From assembly GCF_009914755.1 (NCBI RefSeq), contig NC_060929.1: 64,000 nucleotides of DNA. One strand, given 5' to 3'. The notes beneath the pieces are model-generated. The model was given only the letters and a program-made list of their open reading frames with translations. It was not told the origin of the DNA and ran no database searches. Position 1 is the first letter of the stretch. Every line of letters starts with the position of its first letter. Position numbers and translations under genes: made by a program. This DNA is from the human T2T-CHM13v2.0 reference genome, Homo sapiens. Shown piece after piece: positions 52,168-64,000 of the stretch.

Positions 52168-52900
52168 GAGGGGAAAATGGCGGATAGGAGGCAAGACTAG
52201 ATTTGAGACTCACTCGCATTATGAACTTTTGCTCCAGAACTACTGCAGGAATATACCAGGAAAGCCGAGAGAATCCACAGATCCTCTGAAGGAAGCGGAT
52301 TGCTCCTGCAGGACTGGGGAGAAAGCCCAAATACTTGTCTGCCTAGTCGAGGAGGAGTGCCTCCCAGGCTTGGAGGGCTGGTGTCGAGTTGCGGACCTCA
52401 CCGTGTTGACCCTACCTACCTCACATGTGTCAAGACTCTCATGTCACAAGCGTATCTTGCTGCCCCACCTGCAGCACCATGCAGGACGTGGATCAGCTGA
52501 AGATGCTCCTCAGGAAAGAGGAGAGTCACAGCCGACGTCCTGGCCACGAAGTGAGAGAGCACTGCCCAGAAGCACAGCTCGGTTGGCTTCTGAGAACGGG
52601 ACTCTGTGCTTCAGGGAACATCTGATGGCTGAGATTTGTTTGCACGGCAGCTGCGGGACAAACCGTTGATGCTGAATCGGCAGAAATTGTCACAGAGGGC
52701 AGCAGGGACAGGACTGGCAAGGACTTGCAGCCTGGAGACCCCGTCTGGCCCCAGCTGGCCCCAAGCTGATCAAGTGACGGGCAAGTCATGTGACCTTCAC
52801 CAGGCTCTGCTTCCGAATCAGCAAAAGGGAGGCAGAGGCTGCCAGGCTGGGCGACAGAGCAAGACTCCATCTCAAAACAAAAAACAAACAAACAAACAAA
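52168..52900 (+). pseudogene. putative processed retrocopy of a spliced L1-promoter chimeric transcript (L1PB 5'UTR 52168-52335 + foreign GC-rich sequence + MIR + Alu 3' end + A-tail)
   Basis: L1PB 5' start GAGGGGAAAATGGCGGATAGGAGGCAAGACTAG. L1 homology stops at CCAAATACT, where the recalled consensus continues GTGAGT. CpG-rich body; ends GGGCGACAGAGCAAGACTCCATCTC(AAAC)n. Confidence 0.65.
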
Positions 52901-53749
52901 GTCTTTGATTCTCAGAGAGCATTTGTCTAATATAATAAAAAAGTGGCTTTCATAAAACCTCAAAACTGTTAAGGCATCTTCTAGGCTTCATGGATTCTTG
53001 ACATTTAATCGTTCTGTTCAGAAAAGTTTATAGAAGTCAAATAATTCTGTATAAATTATGGAAATCCGCAATACTTTTTTGTTGTTGAGATTTAAAGTTC
53101 TAAGGGATTGTCAATAGATATCAAAATATTAATCACTGGACAAACGCTCTTCAAAAACTTGTGGGTTTTTTTCTGTTGTATACATTTGAGTCCTGCATGC
53201 TGCGAAATTCTGAGAATAGAAGCATTAAATTGGTTTCTCTCGGGGGAAAACACAAAGAAATGGGGTTGCAGCTGGGAAAGCAAAGAGATAGGAACACACG
53301 TGGGACATATGGAGGACAGGATCCTTGAAACTCGGCAAAAGATTTCACAGAGTCAAACAAAAGGCATATGCACCCAAGAAGAATTAGAAGTTGTGAATCT
53401 GAGGAACTGAAAGAATCTCCATGCCATTAAGAGAAACAGGGAAAATGTGAAGAAGAGCTTTGGAAAGAACATTACCTCTGTTTTTTGTCAGGAAAAGATT
53501 TTGGCCATTCGTACAAAGATATTTAAAGACATCAGAATGAGTGTTAATGCCCAGGAATAAAATGTAGGAAATGTACAAAAGAAGTCTGGGAACAACTTAC
53601 ATGTAAGAAACTGGAGGAAGAAAGGAACCCCAGAAAAGGAGGAGAAAACAGGAAAACAATCATGAGATCGTGATCATTCAACCAAGGAAAAGCAAAGTGT
53701 CAGCATGAAGGTGCTGTTGACAAGATCTAGGGACGCTGAGGTATTGAAG

Positions 53750-53949
53750 CTGTACAGTCCAATACAGTAGCCAATGGCTATGAGTGCCTGTTTAAATGTA
53801 AATCAGACTAAATTTAAAATGTATTTCCTCAGTTGCATTAGCCACATTGTAAGTGTTTAATACCCACAAGAGGCAAGTGGGTTGTGTATAAAAATAGTGC
53901 AGCTATAGAACAAATTTATTTTGGCAGAAAGTTCTTTTAGATAGTATTG
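53750..53949. mobile_element. MER3 (hAT-Charlie MITE)
   Basis: GTCCAATACAGTAGCC...TTCCTCAGTTGCATTAGCCACATT...GCAGAAAGTTCT. Confidence 0.8.
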
Positions 53950-53999
53950 GATTGAGGAATATAAAGACTGAAATAAAAGTCAACATGAAGGTGGTCTCT

Positions 54000-54195
54000 C
54001 AAGGCAGTTAAGGAGTTAAGATTAGATCAGAATTCCTTACTCACTTACCCTAAGTGTGTCCTTCCACAAATTACTTGATCTCTTTAGACCCAATTATTAG
54101 CATTTACCTCCTGGAGTTGTTTTTTAAGTGATTAAATAGTAATATGTATGTATTTTATTGTTATTCCTGGACCACTGTTAGTCCTCAATAAAAGG
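54000..54195 (+). mobile_element. MIR relic
   Basis: CTCACTTAC...AAATTACTTGATCTCTTTAGACC...GTGATTAAATAG. Confidence 0.5.
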
Positions 54196-57100
54196 AAAGA
54201 GCAGCTGCAGCAGTGGAATACAGAGGGGTTAGAAGCCCTATTGCTATTGATTAAGAAGAAAGTCGGAGGTTAATATGTGGATGCCGCAGGCCTAGACCAC
54301 ACTTTAATAGATCCAGAAAGCTAGGAAGGCAGATTGTGCGGGTAACAGTTTGGGGAGGAGTTCTTTTCTGGTAAGTGTCCCAGAGGAAGTATGGGCATGA
54401 GGGGATAACAGAGAAAGTACAGGAAGAGGGAACAAATAGGAAGAAAGCTGGAAAGGATGTGTAAGCATCAATCTATGTCTTCTGATTGTTGAAGGGATGG
54501 TTGTGTTGTCTGACAAAGATAATATCACACATCAGTGGGGAGATTGGATAGGGGAATTTTTACTGGGAAAGGGCAAGGAGGAAGTCAAAGTAGGAGCAAG
54601 AAGTGTTCCCCATTCTCCCTGAAATTGCATTATTACAAGGGCAAGAATTGGTTTTATTTCTAAAACCTTAACCTGACTTTGTTAGTATTTGCCACCGCCT
54701 GAAATCCTATGTTAACAATCATTCTGAGGCTGTATTTGGACTCACTGGGAAGTAGTGCATGAATAAAGAACCATTTCATGGACATAGAAATCTTGCCCTA
54801 AGGTCAACAGTGCATATGAACCTGGTTTAACTGGTTTCAAGTGGCCAAATGATCACAGCCAGAAAGAACCATCCTTGGCTTTTTCTGCCCTGAAGGTTTC
54901 TTGCTTCTGGGACACACGGACTTCAAGGACTTAGATTCTGCCTCTGGAGAACTGTGCTCTGGTGTCTCACACCCATGTAACCCACAGGTCATATCCTATT
55001 CCTTCACCAAATCATAGTAAATTCCAAGCCCCAATTCCCCATCCTTCCTGTGCTTCAAGACTTTAGATGGCCTCGATGCTGATATTCCTTCCAAAGAGCA
55101 TTAGTAGCCACTTGAACCTTGAAAGACAGAGAATAGTTCATTGAACCAGTTAAGAACACCTAAGTCATGGAAGATGGAGGCTGGGATGAAAACAGAGTAG
55201 TGATACAAAGGATTTAGTCTAGACCCTTTTTTGTTTTCTTGCATTTCCATATAGGAATGAAAATGATGAACGTTGAACTGATATAAAGAAATGCCTCATT
55301 AAACATGATTTTACAAATTCAGAACCTAGAAAAGGAAATTTTAAATATTCTTTATTGCAGTCTCCATATATTATTCATTTTTGTATGAACTTTAAGTACC
55401 TACTAATGATCAATCAATGCATTTGACACTGGTGATAAAATTATGAACAAGATGCCACTTCTGACTTCAGGGCAATTAAGGCCCTGCATCTAGTGGGCAC
55501 ACAATGATTTCTGTTGCTTTTAAATGAATTGAGGAAAATAATGAGGGTTTTATTTGACTACACATATGGGGAAATTAATTGCAATAATTATGTGATCGTT
55601 TACATATATCGTGCCTAAAAACTTCCTAGAACAATAATCATAGTGATCACTAAATGTGTCAAAACAACTTAGTCATAAGATATATTTGATTAGAATATCT
55701 AATTCACTTTAATGTATTAGATTCTCTTCATAATTTTTAGTCATAGTCCAGTATCCCCCATACTTGAAGAAAACACAGAGAATATTGCTCACATCTTAGT
55801 TCCCAATCAATTAAAAGCCCAGCATAGCTGCTTATTCCTACCCCCTCCCACCCTCTCCAACAAAATATTCAGTTTGGGAAGAAACGCTAATTTTGACCTG
55901 AATTAGGTCAAGGTTTGCCAAAAATATAGTGGCGAGACATTAACACACATTTAGCTGTTCTGCTTTCATATTATTGTTTTTTCTTAAATGGAGTCATTTA
56001 TGATAGGTTCATGGAGAACTCAGAGAAAATGGAAGAATTGGTTTGAATGATTCTGTTCAGTAGGAAAAAGACGGGAGTATGGCTAATCCTTAAGGTTTTA
56101 TTCTCCATGATCAAATGACTTTGAAAAATTAAAGAGTTTGGAAAATGAGACAAGGAGCATTTAAACTAAAACAGGGAACTCTCAGAAGTTTGTTGAGCTA
56201 GACTAAAAAAAAAAAAAAAAAAAACAGGGGAATGTGAAATTCAAAGAAGCCTTGCTCTTTGAATCTCAGTGCTGTTACACAGGAGCTAGTGGCTTTTGGA
56301 GTCCAACAGAACCTTTCATTTCTCTCTGAGGCAAAATGTTTACATGTAGATACAAGAGCTCTGTAAATCAACCAAATCAGTGCATCAACTCTCTTTCTGT
56401 TTATATACACTAAGCATATGCTTCCTGTGACCACTTCAAAAGAAATATAACTTTCTTGAATATTATTTAAGTGCAGCTCGATGGCTGTGAAAGAGAGAAA
56501 GTATAACTGACTTTGAATCTTTTACTACATGGGTGGAGAAAGAAGGAAGGAGTGATTGAAATGTTACACTGACCAGTCTAGGAAATGGGTAATAACTTGT
56601 GATTAAATGCAGATGTTAACCTGAAAAATTCAGTTAATCACAGATATTAAACATGCCTGGAAGCCATAAAAAGGCAGAAGGTAAACCAATGAATAACCTT
56701 GCGTTGAAATCGTGTAGTGACACACAATTCACATTGGAATAAAATAATGGACTAAATTTAAATTACTTCAACTTTTCCATCTTGTATAAATGTTTATGTA
56801 CAAATGAACAGACCAGTACATGGACTAGTAACCAGGGAACATTGGCAACTTGAATATATCAAAATCAAAATGGAAAGATCCAGGAACAACAGGTATGTAA
56901 GTACCACTTGGAAAGGAACAAGCTGAAAAATATTCCATTTGAGTAAGCATAAACCACATTAGAAACAAACATTATAAATAGGTTTTAAAATCCAGAATAC
57001 CTGTTACATCTAGCGATACTGCACTAATATAAAAAGCAGATCATAATTTTCCATAAGTGGTGCTTGGAAATCACAACTAGGCATTTCATAGCTAATGCTC

Positions 57101-58175
57101 CACAGTCTAGTACTGGACTTGGGATATAATAATCGACACTCAATAAATGTTGGTTCTGATTTATTGTTAGCAGTGCTCCTCAAAATAAAAAGCCAGAACG
57201 TTCTATAAATAAGAAGACTTCAAAAACATTGAAATAAGCAAGTATAATTGCTACTATAATACATATATTCATACATTTTGCCAGCAGTCACCACTCTTTG
57301 CCACCTCAAGTTACCAATCTAACATTGTTGACAAGCACCTATATTTCACTTTGAGTTCCAATCAGTCTCGCATTCATCATTTTCAGCTGCTGATTTATCA
57401 CTTTCAGCAGCTGGTTCTTCAAAGCCCACTGTAAATACAGGCAGGAGCTTGGTGATAGAATAGGATAACCACAAGTTGCAAAGTGGCTTTTGCAAACAGA
57501 AAATAAAACGATTTCCCACCATTTCTGCTTTCCAAGCACCCTCCAAGATGTAGTCTAGCAAAATGTGGGGACTCCCCATGTCCATATTTCAAAAAAGTTC
57601 AGTCTTGCGAGCCACAATCTTGGTCAAATTACATTAGAGAAATTGAAAGAGGATTTCAAAGTTATGAAGTAATGGACAATCAAAATAAAAAGGAGTTTAA
57701 TGTTGAAGGAAACCACTGAGACTGAAAATTGTGAATTCCTACTATTATTGATCCAATTGCTTATGGAGTTGAATTTTTTTTCTGGTAGATTAAAAGATTG
57801 AGGCAGTGTTGTTGGTGTACAGAGAGAGTTTTGTTGAAAAACAAATGGAAAGGGTAATCAACAGAATTGGCAAATAGTGATTATAATAATAACAGTAATA
57901 ATGAAAACAAACCCTAATTGCACATGTAATTCTGCATAGAATATAAAGGAAATGGGGTCAAATGGATGACTGAGTGGAAGGATAAGAGCATTTAAGTAGT
58001 CGAAGAACAGTGGCTGTACTAGTTAAGAGTGTAACCACACAGATTCTCTGACCCATGAGACACATTGAATGTGAAGAAGGAAACGGCAGTCTTTTTGTGG
58101 CAAGAATGGAAGATGAAGAACATGAAAGTTAAAAGTTAAAAGTTAAAAGTCACGTCTGATCTCATACCTACAGTC

Positions 58176-58464
58176 TTTTTTTTTTGGAGACAGACTCTCG
58201 CTCTATTGCCTGGCTGGAGGGTAGTGGCGCAATCTCGGCTCACTGCAACCTCCGAATCCCTGGTTAGAGCGATTCTCCTGCCTCAGCCTCCTAGTAGCTG
58301 GGATTACAGGCACACACCACCACACCTGGCTAATTTTTGTATTTTTAGTAGAGACGGGATTTCACCGTGTTGGCCAGGATGGTCTTGGTCTCCTGACCTC
58401 ATGATCTGCCCACCTTGGCCTCCTGAACTGCTGGGATTACAGGAATGAGCCATCGTGCCTGGCC
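58176..58464 (-). mobile_element. AluSc-like
   Basis: GCCAGGATGGTCTTG, GACCTCATGATCTGCC; TSD ACCTACAGTC at 58166-58175 and 58465-58474. Confidence 0.95.
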
Positions 58465-59729
58465 ACCTACAGTCCTTTAATAATAACCGAAAAGAAAAAT
58501 TTAGTTAATGAGGCACATGGGACTCCATCAAATGTAATTTCTTGCCCATTCAAGCATACAAACATTTTTGATGGGCCAATGACTGGCAAAGTTCGTAATG
58601 TTATCATTGTGTTTCTACAGATCACAGGAAAAAATACTCCACAAAACAGGCTGAAAAAAAAACTGCAAAACAAATTCCAACTCATTTCCTGTGTTGAATT
58701 GGAAAACGTAATACCAAAGAGCATTGGTCATCATTGTCACAACTGGAGTCTTAAATGTAACTTCATAAGTTTCAGTTTCTCATTGAGAATCTATGCCTAT
58801 CAACAAGGAAATATAAATACATTTGTTCAATTAGAGAGAAACTAATTCTTCTGACATTTTTCTTCCTTGTTATTCCCCTGGGCACAGTCCTGAAATAAAA
58901 ATAGAATTATTCCCATCATCTTTTATTCAATTTAAGTTTAAACTATAATTGGGTATATCCAGGGATAAAATAATGAGTGTATTTAAGGATAGAAATAGAG
59001 TCTGTAACCTCTTAAGAATTTAGTGAAATTCTATCCCTTGTGAGTTGCGGTTTACCCAGGCAGCTTTGCCAGAAGATCCCTATTCCATTTGATGAGGTGA
59101 GTCACCTTGTTTATCACAGGCTTCTTCACGTTTAAGACTTTTCTTGGTTCATCAATGCTGGCTCCATCACCAGAGATCTTTCCGTGTTTCTTCACCCTCT
59201 AAAATCTTTGTAGATTTTGATGCTTATATTTGATCTGAGGTTTCTTTATCTGAAAGCAATGATTCTGTTTGAAGGGATCAGAGTTCACTTTGATGCATCA
59301 TAACATAAAATAAGAAAGTATCGATGAAGCAGCCTGCAAATATTAGCAAATTGAAATTATAAATCCAGTTGATCTTAGCATACCACAAATGCTTTTATTC
59401 AGAAAATACATTCATTAAAGCCAAGAACAAATATATTGTTTGTAACTCCAGTGCCTATAAGAGTGCCTAATTCACAATAGGTGCTCGACAACTATTTATT
59501 GACTGACAGTGAATGACTGTTGACAGAAAAATAATTTAGATTTAGAAATGGCCTTAATTGAAGGATCCTGATGCCTATAACATTAACTTGCTGTCCTAGA
59601 AAACTGATTGGGGTAGGGGATGGTCGGGGGAAAGTTCTAGATGATTATTTATGATCTTGTCTGAGATTGCTAACTCAGTAAAAGATACAAAGTGAAGCCC
59701 AAAACACTCAATTGTGTTTCCACCATGTC

Positions 59730-59950
59730 TTTTTAAAAAAAATTATTTTGAAATAATTGTGACTCATAAACAATTATAAGAAAAAACAGTCAGAAATTGC
59801 ACTGAACATTTACCCAGTCTCCCCAGCACTGTAAAATTTCCAACCAGGAATTTTACAGTGATACAATCAATACACCTTAGTTTTACATGCATTTATTTGT
59901 GTGTGTATTTAGTTCAATGCAATTTTATCACGGGTGTAGATTCGTGATCC
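59730..59950 (-). mobile_element. L1MC-type 3' end relic
   Basis: TTATTTTGAAATAATTGTGACTCA...TTTACCCAGTCTCCCC...CAACCAGGA...GATACAATC. Confidence 0.65.
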
Positions 59951-60396
59951 ACTTAGATATCTTCTATTATTTTTAACACAATTTTATATCAAAGAAATTT
60001 CTGCCAGGGGTGAAGGTACCCTTACGGAAATGACAGAAATCAGAGAATCTACTACTGGATGTGGGTATGTGAGTAAGCACAAAAGTCAAAGTTCAGCTAG
60101 ATTGTCTGCAGTACTATAAATAGAGGGAGATATGAACAGAATAAGATAAAACCTCCCTGGAGCTACACAGATAAATTAGGAGCTGGTAAAACTCTTATGA
60201 AGGAATCACGTAAACTGCAGAATATGAGAGAGGATAGGAACTCGGAAATTTGTTAATATGAAAAAGGCAGGACAGATAGAAACAAAATCCAGATGTTGGT
60301 CAATATGGGGAAAATATTGAGGGAAAGATTTAGGGCAATGAAAGAAGGTAATAGATACACAGAGAGAAAGATAGCAAGAGAGATTGATTATAGGGA

Positions 60397-64000
<3,604 letters not shown>

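Noticed and set aside
55483-55500. Second CTCF-like motif (rc CCACTAGATGCAG)
   Set aside because: Lacks one G of the core GGC and lies within an L2 relic.
58467-58845. Overlapping 85/88-aa ORFs in unique sequence
   Set aside because: No recognisable domain and no convincing paired splice sites; length is consistent with chance.

Overview
This is primate (most likely human) AT-rich, repeat-dense non-coding DNA, either intergenic or deep intronic. I can support no protein-coding gene: the ORF track is mostly L1, Alu or MaLR decay and chance ORFs. The window holds a near full-length old L1 (minus, ~7.85-15.47 kb) with two nested Alus and a piggyBac MITE (MER75). It also holds two 5'-inverted L1s, a doubly truncated young L1 fragment, a complete THE1 provirus with TSD, several solo MaLR/ERVL LTRs, seven Alus, MIR/L2 relics and an L1PA8-like element running off the right end. 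Three signals stand out. (1) A GC/CpG-rich ~730 bp island (52168-52900) looks like a retrocopied spliced chimeric RNA: an L1PB 5'UTR cut exactly at its GT splice donor, foreign exon-like sequence with a 48-codon ORF, a MIR, and an Alu 3' end with A-tail. (2) A 440 bp, ~99% identical inverted copy (15479-15918) of a neighbouring L1's private inversion junction, with a snap-back signature at the breakpoint. (3) An ~85 bp-arm imperfect palindrome bounded by TG/CA repeats (50318-50527). Repeat subfamily calls come from recalled consensus sequences and need Dfam/RepeatMasker confirmation.
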